Shown: positions 37,340-46,096 of the stretch, piece after piece
How the letters are laid out: every line of letters begins with the position of its first letter
Numbering within the stretch: position 1 is the stretch's first letter
Source: a virus
Taxonomy: Duplodnaviria > Caudoviricetes
Length of the DNA: 64,000 nucleotides
Strand: one strand, 5' to 3'
Virus record (IMG/VR): IMGVR_UViG_642918914_000001
Span: 1-64,000 of that record
Made by a program: the position numbers and the translations under genes
The notes under the pieces: generated by a model
What the model was told of the DNA's origin: nothing
The model's database searches: none
Seen by the model: only the letters and a program-made list of their open reading frames with translations

Positions 37340-37681
37340 ATGGCACAGAAAGGGCCCGGAATTAAGTACGAAGGTCACTGGTACTCATCGTTCGAGCCGT
37401 GGTGGCCATCGCCCACAACCAGCGACTGGCCCTGGACTGGTCAGTCTGCGTTCCTCAACAAGCTGGAACGGGTTGAGTCGACGCTGGACCCGGTGGCCTA
37501 CCGCGGAATCAGCCGCTGCCGTGTCTGTGGTGAGGGGAACGGATGTGAAGAATTCAACCTGGAGGGGTGGCGCTGGCCCTCAGGCTTCCGTCACTACATC
37601 GAACAACACAACGTCAAGCCGAGCAGCGAATTCATTGCAATGATCGTGGAACAGCACGCACGGATTCTGCAGTCCCGGTAA
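37340..37681 (+). CDS. Conserved hypothetical protein
   Basis: YRGISRCRVCG...NG...WRWPSGFRHYIEQHNV. Confidence 0.75.
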   Translation: MAQKGPGIKYEGHWYSSFEPWWPSPTTSDWPWTGQSAFLNKLERVESTLDPVAYRGISRCRVCGEGNGCEEFNLEGWRWPSGFRHYIEQHNVKPSSEFIAMIVEQHARILQSR

Positions 37682-37744
37682 ATAGACATCAGCTACCAAA
37701 AGATGTATCGCCATGATCGCACTTCTTCTGATTGATATCCAGCC

Positions 37745-38146
37745 ATGACTCGAACTCCACAATTCCAAGGCGGTATGCTGGTGCCCACGGGCGAGTTGAA
37801 GGTGGTGGACGCTACGGTGGAACGTGTGTCCCGCCTTGACGGCCAGATCAACGCCACCGTCATCTTCGAAGACGAGCTCGGCATCCGCTTCAAGATCCGT
37901 GGCTACGGAGGCGGGTCTATCGCTGCTGAACTCAGGCCCTTGGAATGGCCGACGGACGTCCAGGGGCGCTACCACTTCAAAGGCGACCGGGAAAGCTGGG
38001 GTTCTCGTGCTCGCTATGCGGCCACTGCTTCGTCCAAGGATGAGGCGCTGGCCAAGATCAAGGCGCGACACAAGTACGAGGATGTGAATCGGCTGACCCT
38101 GACCGCGATCACCAAACCAACCGACGAGGATGTGACCTATGGCTGA
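37745..38146 (+). CDS. Hypothetical protein
   Basis: ORF downstream of a GTAAATAG motif. Confidence 0.6.
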   Translation: MTRTPQFQGGMLVPTGELKVVDATVERVSRLDGQINATVIFEDELGIRFKIRGYGGGSIAAELRPLEWPTDVQGRYHFKGDRESWGSRARYAATASSKDEALAKIKARHKYEDVNRLTLTAITKPTDEDVTYG

Positions 38147-38363
38147 GCAGAATGAAGTGACCACCGTCAACTTCCAGAACTATTCGGTGATCGACCGCAG
38201 TCGTATATCGCAACTCCGTTGGTTCGCTCGCAAGAATTTCCAGACCGGCGTGCACGAACCCAAGGTGTTGCAGGCTGGCTATCCGTGCACCGTGTTCAAG
38301 GATGGAAAGCAGGTTTCGGTGTCCACCATGTGGGAGGACATCCCCACGGTATTCGAAGATTAG
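38139..38363 (+). CDS. Hypothetical protein
   Basis: GAGGA RBS. Confidence 0.6.
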   Translation: MAEQNEVTTVNFQNYSVIDRSRISQLRWFARKNFQTGVHEPKVLQAGYPCTVFKDGKQVSVSTMWEDIPTVFED

Positions 38364-38380
38364 TGACGAGGGAATAGCAC

Positions 38381-38611
38381 ATGGAAAAGCTGAAAGTGAA
38401 CGGGCTGTCGCCACTGCAAACGCTGGTGGCTATTGGTGCGGGTCTCGGAGTGAACATTCTAGCTCCTCTGCAGAATCTCCCGTCCAAGTTCAAGGAACGT
38501 CCTGCTCGAAAGCAGACGGCAGAAGATCGTAAGCGGCTGGAAGCGGCTGCGGCCAAGCGCGAGCGCAAGGCACGCAAACTCATGGGACCTAGAAATGACC
38601 AAACCAAGTAA
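38381..38611 (+). CDS. Hypothetical protein
   Basis: In the gene run. Confidence 0.55.
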   Translation: MEKLKVNGLSPLQTLVAIGAGLGVNILAPLQNLPSKFKERPARKQTAEDRKRLEAAAAKRERKARKLMGPRNDQTK

Positions 38612-39023
38612 GCGATTCGGCAACCTCAGCCGCGACGAAAAGCTGCAATTGATGGCCGACTGGGTAGACGGCAAGGTCATCGAAGTCGGCCTGGAGGATA
38701 CCGCTGATGGTGAATACTACATCGCGGGCTGGAGTGCGGAACGACATCCAGCTTGGACCGCGCATAGCTTCTACCGCGTGCGCCCCACGTTGCCCAACAT
38801 CGACTGGGCGCACGTCAGTTCGCAGTTCAGATACATGGCCACGTCGCCCGATGGGCAAACGTTCCTGTATGTGAATCGCCCCATCTTGGGATCCAATCAT
38901 TGGACCTTTGTGTTCTCTGAAACCCACGCAGTGTCGGCGACTGTTGCTAACATCTACAGCTCCTTCAAGCCTGGAACTTGCGACTGGCAACTGTCGCTAG
39001 TAGAACGCCCTGATGGAGTGTGA
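38595..39023 (+). CDS. Hypothetical phage protein
   Basis: In the gene run. Confidence 0.65.
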   Translation: MTKPSKRFGNLSRDEKLQLMADWVDGKVIEVGLEDTADGEYYIAGWSAERHPAWTAHSFYRVRPTLPNIDWAHVSSQFRYMATSPDGQTFLYVNRPILGSNHWTFVFSETHAVSATVANIYSSFKPGTCDWQLSLVERPDGV

Positions 39024-39024
39024 C

Positions 39025-39456
39025 ATGGAAGAGAAGACCCAAACCCAGTACCTGTACTGGGAAGAGGCAGGATTGGCCGGCGACTACGTGCACATGCACA
39101 TTGTGAACGTACCTGACCACGTGCCGGGCCGCGCCTATCAACAGCTGATGTCGCTGTCGGCGTTCGACCGTCGACTGTGGTCGCACACGCAATCGTACGA
39201 TCCTAAGACGGGTGCGTTCCTAGGGTATCGCAATCAAGGGGACGTGCACTTCCAAATGGAGTGCGTTGAAAACAGTAAGCCGGGTGCCACTCGTGTAGTA
39301 GAAAAGTTGTACCGACTGTGGGCGGGGAATCCTGATATGCGAGCGACTCTGCTGATGTTGCCGCGCACGGTCCACGCCTCGGTTTGGGACTTCTACAAAC
39401 ACATCGAGTACGACTGGCGCACTGCCACGCTGCGCGGAAGGAAGCTTCAGCAATGA
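39025..39456 (+). CDS. Hypothetical protein (paralog of the next gene)
   Basis: C-terminal HASVWDFYKHIEYD. Confidence 0.7.
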   Translation: MEEKTQTQYLYWEEAGLAGDYVHMHIVNVPDHVPGRAYQQLMSLSAFDRRLWSHTQSYDPKTGAFLGYRNQGDVHFQMECVENSKPGATRVVEKLYRLWAGNPDMRATLLMLPRTVHASVWDFYKHIEYDWRTATLRGRKLQQ

Positions 39457-39884
39457 AAGACGAAGACATTCTGCTGTATATCATCGCCGAGCGCGATTCG
39501 CTTTATAGCGACCTGAAGGCGCTGCACCGCGTGCGAGTGGACCCAGCTGTGAAGGGTGGCGAATACCGCCAGATTCTGTCACTCGAGGCCCTGCGTCGTC
39601 GTATGTACGCGCACACTCAGTTGATGAAGCAAGTGAATGGCACTTGCCAGATTGTGGCTCACCGTAACGAGAAGGATCCGTACTTCTCGATTCGCGAGTG
39701 GGGGCGCGGTGCCAGCTATACATGGGACATCTTCATGAAGGACCGCGCGCAGCAATTCTTGCAGAAGAGTCCGACGTGGAAGAAAGTGCAGCAGTACGAC
39801 CACGCAGACGTCTGGCAGTTCTTCGCACACATCGACTACGATCACAAGAAGGGTACCTTGAAGGGTATCCGACTCAAATCATGA
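39453..39884 (+). CDS. Hypothetical protein (paralog of the previous gene)
   Basis: C-terminal HADVWQFFAHIDYD. Confidence 0.7.
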   Translation: MKDEDILLYIIAERDSLYSDLKALHRVRVDPAVKGGEYRQILSLEALRRRMYAHTQLMKQVNGTCQIVAHRNEKDPYFSIREWGRGASYTWDIFMKDRAQQFLQKSPTWKKVQQYDHADVWQFFAHIDYDHKKGTLKGIRLKS

Positions 39885-40126
39885 CTATCATAACCCCACT
39901 CCAGAAGGAATTCGCGGAGCTGATGGTTTCCGTTCTCGACGAGCCGAGTGCCGAGCAGCGCTACAAGCTGGCGTTAGACGCCATCAGCCGCTGGTCGGTC
40001 ATGGACTTCCCCGAGAAGGCAGGTTACATGGGAACGATCGCCACGGTGGCGTTGAATCCCGTGAAGTTCATGTCCGCACAAGAGCGATTCATCCTCGCTC
40101 TAGGCAAGCTGGAGGGCAAGGCATGA
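39881..40126 (+). CDS. Hypothetical protein
   Basis: ATGA overlap. Confidence 0.6.
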   Translation: MTIITPLQKEFAELMVSVLDEPSAEQRYKLALDAISRWSVMDFPEKAGYMGTIATVALNPVKFMSAQERFILALGKLEGKA

Positions 40127-40503
40127 CCCCAGGACAAGCACGGCGCATTTATCGCTATCTAGCGATGCGCACACGTACACGAGATGGTCGCCGGGTGCGA
40201 ATCGTAACCGGACTGCGGCTGTTCCTTCACCTGCGAGTGCCTTTCGCTGTGATTCGTAGCGCCGAGTTCGACAACATCGACAACGTTTCGAGTTTCGGAC
40301 CGGCTGTCGACAAGAAGTTGAGCGATCGCACATACGCTCGCTACAATGTGTACATGGCGATCGGGGCGCAGTATCGAGTAACGATCGGAGGACGCGGAGG
40401 ACGTGGCCTTGGTGGTCGAAAGAAGGTAGCGGTCGCACCACGTTTCGTCATGCATCGCGATCGTCCACTACGCAAAGGCTGCAATCTACCACGGAGGAAA
40501 TGA
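40123..40503 (+). CDS. Basic hypothetical protein
   Basis: ATGA overlap. Confidence 0.55.
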   Translation: MTPGQARRIYRYLAMRTRTRDGRRVRIVTGLRLFLHLRVPFAVIRSAEFDNIDNVSSFGPAVDKKLSDRTYARYNVYMAIGAQYRVTIGGRGGRGLGGRKKVAVAPRFVMHRDRPLRKGCNLPRRK

Positions 40504-40871
40504 TGTCCATGTCTGACAAGATGGAGCCCAAGCTCCCTGAATCATGGGCCGAATTGTTGGAGCTCGTACAGAAGTTGGGCGCCCCCGCAACCCCGCCCAT
40601 CATCGGACCGCGCACACAGCCGTTCCCATTCGTCAGCCCGCAACCCTACGTCGGGCCAAACACCCAGATCATCGGCACCTGCAGTCTGTGTGGTGGGCCA
40701 GTGACCTTGCCCATGATCTGGGGTAGTGTGGTTCCCCCAACTCCTACGTGTGCTGCGTGTGGCGCACTTCCTGCCAAAGGCTTCGGTCCCGTGATCGACA
40801 TGCGACCGGGTCCCGCGATCAAATACACCACGACTAGCAATAGCGTGGATCCCACCAAGGATCAGCAATGA
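40500..40871 (+). CDS. Pro-rich protein with CxxC pairs
   Basis: GTCSLCGG...TCAACG; GGAGG RBS. Confidence 0.6.
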   Translation: MMSMSDKMEPKLPESWAELLELVQKLGAPATPPIIGPRTQPFPFVSPQPYVGPNTQIIGTCSLCGGPVTLPMIWGSVVPPTPTCAACGALPAKGFGPVIDMRPGPAIKYTTTSNSVDPTKDQQ

Positions 40872-42121
40872 ACGTTGTCAAAGACGAAGACATGCGCGTG
40901 CCGTTGCGCAACTGGGCATCGACCCTCGAACAAGCGGCGCTGGAACAAGCCAAGAACATCACCCGACTGCCCTTCATCCATCCGCACGGCGTCGCGTTGA
41001 TGCCGGACGCGCACGCAGGCATCGGCAGCACGGTAGGATCGGTGATCGCTACGCAAGGTGCCATCATTCCGGCGGCGGTGGGCGTGGACATCGGCTGCGG
41101 CATGGTGGCGGTTCGTACCAGTCTCAAGGCCAGTCAGTTGCCGGACAACCTGCGCGATGTTCGCTTGCAGATCGAACGCGACATCCCGCTGGGTCCTGGT
41201 GGCAAGCACCGTGCTGACTCGTTCGACAAGCTGCGTCAAAGCGTGTGGGCGTACCTGGACCCGACAAGCGACCGCAACAACATCGACGCTCGTGTGCGAT
41301 TGGGCCTGATGTCTGCATTCGTCGACAATCGACGCGGCACGAAGGACCCGCTCGGCGACCTGAGCGCCAAAGCGTGGGAGCAGCTTGGCACGCTGGGTTC
41401 CGGCAACCACTTCATTGAACTGTGCGTGGACCAGTCGCAAGACGTGTGGATCATGCTGCATAGCGGTTCGCGCGGTGTGGGCAACATCATCGGCCGTCAC
41501 TACATCGAGCGTGCGCAGAAGGAGTGCGGCATGTGGCACAGCAGCCTGCCGCACAACGATCTCGCGTTCTTCCCTGAGGACACTCCGGGCTTCAATCACT
41601 ACGTCCTGTCCATGCTGTGGGCGCAGGACTTCGCTCGGCAGAATCGTGCGGTGATGTTGCAGATCGTGATCCAAGCGCTGCGTCGTCATCTGCCGGCCTT
41701 CGAGCTGACGGAAGAGGCGGTGAACTGCCACCACAACTATTGTGAGCAGGAGAACCACTTCGGGCGCAACGTGTGGGTCACGCGCAAGGGTGCGGTTCGT
41801 GCACGTGAAGACGATCTGGGGATCATTCCGGGATCCATGGGTACGAAGTCGTACATCGTCAAGGGCAAGGGCAATCCGCATTCGTACTGCTCGTGCAGTC
41901 ACGGGGCAGGACGCCGTATGTCGCGCACCGAGGCCGTCAAGCGATTCACCGTCGAAGACCTCGTGCAGCAGACGCAGGGTGTTGAATGCCCGAAGACCAA
42001 GGAAGTGCTGGATGAAATCCCGGCCGCGTACAAGGACATCGATCAGGTGATGCTTGACCAAAGCGATCTGGTGGAAGTCGTTCATACGCTGAAGGCCGTT
42101 CTCAACGTGAAAGGATACTGA
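40868..42121 (+). CDS. rtcB: RtcB RNA 2',3'-cyclic phosphate/5'-OH ligase
   Basis: MPDAH, VGVDIGCG, QLGTLGSGNHFIE, HSGSRG, HHNY, IPGSMG, SHGAGR, DEIPAAYK. Confidence 0.96.
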   Translation: MNVVKDEDMRVPLRNWASTLEQAALEQAKNITRLPFIHPHGVALMPDAHAGIGSTVGSVIATQGAIIPAAVGVDIGCGMVAVRTSLKASQLPDNLRDVRLQIERDIPLGPGGKHRADSFDKLRQSVWAYLDPTSDRNNIDARVRLGLMSAFVDNRRGTKDPLGDLSAKAWEQLGTLGSGNHFIELCVDQSQDVWIMLHSGSRGVGNIIGRHYIERAQKECGMWHSSLPHNDLAFFPEDTPGFNHYVLSMLWAQDFARQNRAVMLQIVIQALRRHLPAFELTEEAVNCHHNYCEQENHFGRNVWVTRKGAVRAREDDLGIIPGSMGTKSYIVKGKGNPHSYCSCSHGAGRRMSRTEAVKRFTVEDLVQQTQGVECPKTKEVLDEIPAAYKDIDQVMLDQSDLVEVVHTLKAVLNVKGY

Positions 42122-42123
42122 TC

Positions 42124-42387
42124 ATGGATCAAAAGAAACCGGTAGACGAGCGCCTGCGTCAGATTGTTGCTGAGCAGTTCGGCGTGAAGGTGGAACAGGT
42201 GCGCATGGAGTCTGACCTGAGCCAGGAATTCGGCGGCGATAGCCTCGATTGCATCGAAATCGTGATGCAGACCGAGGACGAGTTCCGTATCGAGATTCCG
42301 GACGACGAGGCCAACTCGGTGACCACCGTACAGTCGCTGTACGACCTCACGGTCAAGCATCTGAACAAGAAGGCGGAGGCCCTGTGA
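42124..42387 (+). CDS. acpP: Acyl carrier protein
   Basis: GGDSLD phosphopantetheine site; EDEFRIEIPDDEA. Confidence 0.92.
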   Translation: MDQKKPVDERLRQIVAEQFGVKVEQVRMESDLSQEFGGDSLDCIEIVMQTEDEFRIEIPDDEANSVTTVQSLYDLTVKHLNKKAEAL

Positions 42388-42692
42388 AAGCCCTACTGAT
42401 CGGTGGGTTGCTGGCTTGTGGGCTGGCACATGCGGCACCCGACAACGTGTTCGGCGCCGGGGCTTCGTGTTTCGTTCCACTGTCCAGTGACCAAGCTGTT
42501 CGCTACGTGAACGCCGCTCAAGTGCGTTCGGTGTACGTAGAAAACAACAGCACCAAGCTGGTGGTGGTCATGGATTGGGTTGGAACTAGCGTAGTCCAGC
42601 AAGACTACTCGATCCTCTACCCTAGTGCTGCAGAAGCGTGGGCAGGCATGCTCGCCTTTCTGAAGCGCGTGGACTCGTGTGCGAGGCGCTAA
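42384..42692 (+). CDS. Secreted hypothetical protein
   Basis: GTG start; signal peptide ending AHA. Confidence 0.6.
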   Translation: MKALLIGGLLACGLAHAAPDNVFGAGASCFVPLSSDQAVRYVNAAQVRSVYVENNSTKLVVVMDWVGTSVVQQDYSILYPSAAEAWAGMLAFLKRVDSCARR

Positions 42693-42913
42693 TGTCCAAG
42701 GTCATCGTGTACAAGGACATGCGTGTGGGACACGGTGAACTCCACACGCTGCTCACCGAACGAGACAAGGCTGAAGGCAAGAAGCGGCAGGAGATCCAAG
42801 TCCAAATCGACAAGCTGGTGGCGCGACTGGACGCGGACTTCTACAAGCACGTGCCCCGTGACTTCTTTGAGCGCCTTAATCTGCCATGCACAACAGCGAA
42901 CGACGCATCCTAG
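42692..42913 (+). CDS. Hypothetical protein
   Basis: Coupled start/stop. Confidence 0.55.
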   Translation: MSKVIVYKDMRVGHGELHTLLTERDKAEGKKRQEIQVQIDKLVARLDADFYKHVPRDFFERLNLPCTTANDAS

Positions 42914-43533
42914 TCCTGCCGCTGCGCGCCAGCATTCCACGAGGCTTTTCTTGCGATGTGGAGCTGGCGCCCATAAGCCGGGATCCCGTGGGCAGCGCCC
43001 TCAGCCCTTTCTTCCTCGGGCCATGCTCGGCGCCCGACGGCCTTGAGTTCCAGAACATGGAGAACTTGTGGCAGTACAGCAAGGTCTACAAGCATCTTGG
43101 ACATTTGGTGGAAGACGGTCCCCGTCACAATCTACCGAGTGACGAGTATATGCGATGGAGGGCAGACGGCGCAGCACGCACTCGTGCCGATCGCTATCCA
43201 GCAGGTCGTGGCGTGCGTCCCGCCTACTCATACTGGCCGGTCACTCGCTGGGCTCCGCACCTGGACTATGTGGCTGCTCGCAAGACCATCTACATACCGG
43301 AGTACGCGCGACTGGCACGCCACATCGACCTATACAAGGATCTTCGTGCTCAGTACAAGAAGGGAGCGCGCATTGTGCTGCGCGACTTCGATGCGTACTC
43401 GTTGTGGGACACCGACCTCACCTATGTGGACGTGATCGAAAACCCAAAGCGGAAAATGGGCCATGCGTTTGTGCTGGCCATGATGTTGGAGCTCGGAACC
43501 CACTTCTACCGGGGGCTCCTTGTACGTGGCTGA
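42886..43533 (+). CDS. Conserved protein, DUF6939/NADAR-like
   Basis: LSPF...ENLWQYSKVY...LDYVAARKTIY...GHAFVL (family call by eye). Confidence 0.55.
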   Translation: MHNSERRILVLPLRASIPRGFSCDVELAPISRDPVGSALSPFFLGPCSAPDGLEFQNMENLWQYSKVYKHLGHLVEDGPRHNLPSDEYMRWRADGAARTRADRYPAGRGVRPAYSYWPVTRWAPHLDYVAARKTIYIPEYARLARHIDLYKDLRAQYKKGARIVLRDFDAYSLWDTDLTYVDVIENPKRKMGHAFVLAMMLELGTHFYRGLLVRG

Positions 43534-43599
43534 ATTTCTGTGGTACAGTGCGGTTGTGGGCTATCCCACACCGTTACCATCCCATCGAAAAGGAGCAAC

Positions 43600-43908
43600 A
43601 CCTATCGCAAAGCAAGACCTGCGCATCAACGAGTTCGACGTCGGGGTCGACGAGCTGTTTTCGGGCGCGTGGATCGCCGTCGAGTGGAACGACCGTAGGC
43701 CGCACCGTCTGCCTGTTGAAAAGCGTGGCGCGGCACAATCGCACTTACCGAGGGCCGCGGAACATCGAGGTCTGGGTACGCGATGGGGCGAATGCATGGC
43801 GCATGAGTACCAACATCCAGCACGATTCCATCGTCGCAGTGCTCGGTAGCCTGGAACAACCTGTCCTATGCCGAGGCCGCAAAACGTGCGGCGCCGTACC
43901 TGAAATAA
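43600..43908 (+). pseudogene. Frameshifted or mis-sequenced small early gene
   Basis: Leader ATCCCATCGAAAAGGAG with no ATG after it; protein-like text changes frame twice before TAA 43906-43908. Confidence 0.4.
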
Positions 43909-43913
43909 GGGGC

Positions 43914-43983
43914 TGGCGGGGTGTTGTAGATTCGCAACACCCCGCCACGCGGTCCACACGCGGTGCCCGGTTTGTGGCATAAT
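43914..43983 (+). promoter_or_regulatory. Early promoter module
   Basis: TGGCGGGGTGTTG-TAGATTCG-CAACACCCCGCCA, then extended -10 TG-G-CATAAT (43978). Confidence 0.75.
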
Positions 43984-44032
43984 GGTTCACATAGCAGCAC
44001 ACGTTCTACACTCCCATCGAAACGGAGCCAGT

Positions 44033-44226
44033 ATGCAAACCCTCGAACAATTTATCGCGAAGCCGGTATGCGCAACGTGCGCGAAGACCAAGCCGACAAT
44101 TCGTACACGCCAGAAGCTGGCGGGCTGGCCGTCTACGTCAACGGCTTCTACACTGTGTGGGAGTTGGAGGAAAAGCTCCGCTGTCTCAAGGAAGCGAACG
44201 CTCTGTACGCGGAGGCTTCCAAATGA
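44033..44226 (+). CDS. Small early protein with apparent frameshift
   Basis: Leader motif plus MQTLEQFI, continuing in another frame as EAGMRNVRED...EASK. Confidence 0.5.
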
Positions 44227-44417
44227 AAATCCGCCACATCGACATTGAGCTTGAAGCGTACGAGCTCGACCAGTTCTTCCAGCTCTGCGAGGCAAACGAC
44301 CTGCGTCACGAGCGCCTCTGGGGCGTGGAGCCCCACGCTTGCTATCGCGTGTATGTGCCCCACACCGATTTCGCCCCGCAGGCATTACAGAACGCCCTTG
44401 AAACCCTCTTCGGCTAA
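44223..44417 (+). CDS. Hypothetical protein
   Basis: GGAGG RBS. Confidence 0.6.
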   Translation: MKIRHIDIELEAYELDQFFQLCEANDLRHERLWGVEPHACYRVYVPHTDFAPQALQNALETLFG

Positions 44418-44427
44418 GGAGCCCATC

Positions 44428-44550
44428 ATGCGCTACACACAACGCCCCTACATCATGCGCGAGTACAATCGCCCCATCGACTACATCGTCACGTGGGCCA
44501 TCTTCGGGATCGCGGCCGGTCTGCTGACGTTCTACTACCTCGCCAAGTAA
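44428..44550 (+). CDS. Small membrane peptide
   Basis: AAGGAG RBS; one hydrophobic helix. Confidence 0.55.
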   Translation: MRYTQRPYIMREYNRPIDYIVTWAIFGIAAGLLTFYYLAK

Positions 44551-44554
44551 GATC

Positions 44555-44764
44555 ATGGACCACCAGATCTTGCTGCTCGTCGCGGCGGTCGTCGGCGCAG
44601 GTCTTGCGTTTCGCGTGCTCGGCGCCATCGTCAAGACTGCGGTCGTCCTCGGCCTTCTGCTGTGCATCATCACAGCGCTCAACCCAGTGTGGGGCCAAAT
44701 GGCAGTGGACCTCACGCACTCAGCACTCCAACTGGTCGTCGATCGCATCCAGCGCGTCGTCTGA
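44555..44764 (+). CDS. Small membrane protein
   Basis: Two hydrophobic helices. Confidence 0.6.
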   Translation: MDHQILLLVAAVVGAGLAFRVLGAIVKTAVVLGLLLCIITALNPVWGQMAVDLTHSALQLVVDRIQRVV

Positions 44765-44781
44765 ACGGTTCCAGTTCCGCA

Positions 44782-44817
44782 TCAAGGGTCTACCCGGTAA
44801 ATAGGGTAGACCCTTGA
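44782..44817. promoter_or_regulatory. 14-bp perfect inverted repeat with GGTAAATA loop
   Basis: TCAAGGGTCTACCC-GGTAAATA-GGGTAGACCCTTGA upstream of the MoxR gene. Confidence 0.7.
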
Positions 44818-44836
44818 CCGTTTCACAAACACCAAC

Positions 44837-46096
44837 ATGCAGACTCTAATCCCAAAGAAGAAGCTGGACTTCTGGATCAAGAACGACGTCAACGTGCTGC
44901 TCAGTGGCAAGCACGGCATCGGCAAGACGCACATCGTTATGGATGTTGCGCGCCGTCACGGCCTGAAGCTCCAGTACTACTCGTGTGCAACGATGGACCC
45001 GTGGGTCGACTTCATCGGTGTGCCACGCACGCGCAGCGGAACGCTGGCCAGCGGCAAGAAGTACCAGTATCTCGACCTGATCCGTCCCAAGGTGTGGGCC
45101 ACCGACCAAGTCGAGATGCTGTTCCTAGACGAGATGACCCGTGCAGACCCCAAGGTGCAGAATGCCATCCTGGAGCTCACGCAGTTCAAGTCCATCAACG
45201 GGAAGAAGTTCAAGAACCTGCGCTGCGTGTGGGCCGCTATCAACCCAGCTCCCGAGGACACCGGCGACGTCGCCTATCACGTGGAACCGCTGGATCCGGC
45301 CCTGGAGTCGCGGTTCCAGGTGCGCATTCAACTGCCGTTCGAACCAGCGCTCGACTACATGACTCGCAAGTTCGGTGCGCAGATCGGCGCGGCTGCGTGT
45401 GCGTGGTGGGAGCAATTGCCGGAGAAGGCGAAGAACGCATTCCCGCCCCGGTCCATGGACTATGCAATCACCTACGTGAAGAAGGGTGGTGCGGCAGAAG
45501 ATGTGATCCCGTCGGCAGTCAGCCGGGGTGGATTCATGGACATGCTGAACAACGCGGCGGCTGCTCAGGCGTCTGGTGTGTCGCCGTCTGCAGTGGTGTT
45601 GGCCACCACTGGCAAGGGGCCGCTGGATCGAGCGCTGCTTGTCACGCTGCGCAACACGAACAGCGTGGTGACGGCCTTCAACGCTGTGACCGCGTTGCGT
45701 GCGGCCTCCGACGAGGAGATCAGCACCCTGATCCGTTCCACGTTGGAGCTACCTCCGGTTCGCGTCAACAACCTGCTGCTGGCGTTGGGCGCGTCACTCG
45801 AATCGCATCGCACGAACAAGCTGTTCGGCTACATGCAGAAGTCGATGCAGGCACAGAACAAACCGGCGAAGTCCCCATTCAAGAAGCCAGCGGTGAAGGC
45901 CATGAAGCAAGGCGTAGATCACGCCGATCGCTGGTCTATGTTCGTTGGCAAGCTCAAGGCTATGAACGGATACTTCGATCCGGACACCGGTGATCTGAGC
46001 GGCATCCAATGGGATCAGCGTAAGCCCAGTACCAACATTCCGGGCACCGCTCAGAACATTCTCAATTCAGCACCGAAGGCTGCGGCCACGCCATGA
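44837..46096 (+). CDS. MoxR-like AAA+ ATPase
   Basis: Walker A GKHGIGKT, LFLDEMTRA, AAINP, LDPALESRF. Confidence 0.9.
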   Translation: MQTLIPKKKLDFWIKNDVNVLLSGKHGIGKTHIVMDVARRHGLKLQYYSCATMDPWVDFIGVPRTRSGTLASGKKYQYLDLIRPKVWATDQVEMLFLDEMTRADPKVQNAILELTQFKSINGKKFKNLRCVWAAINPAPEDTGDVAYHVEPLDPALESRFQVRIQLPFEPALDYMTRKFGAQIGAAACAWWEQLPEKAKNAFPPRSMDYAITYVKKGGAAEDVIPSAVSRGGFMDMLNNAAAAQASGVSPSAVVLATTGKGPLDRALLVTLRNTNSVVTAFNAVTALRAASDEEISTLIRSTLELPPVRVNNLLLALGASLESHRTNKLFGYMQKSMQAQNKPAKSPFKKPAVKAMKQGVDHADRWSMFVGKLKAMNGYFDPDTGDLSGIQWDQRKPSTNIPGTAQNILNSAPKAAATP

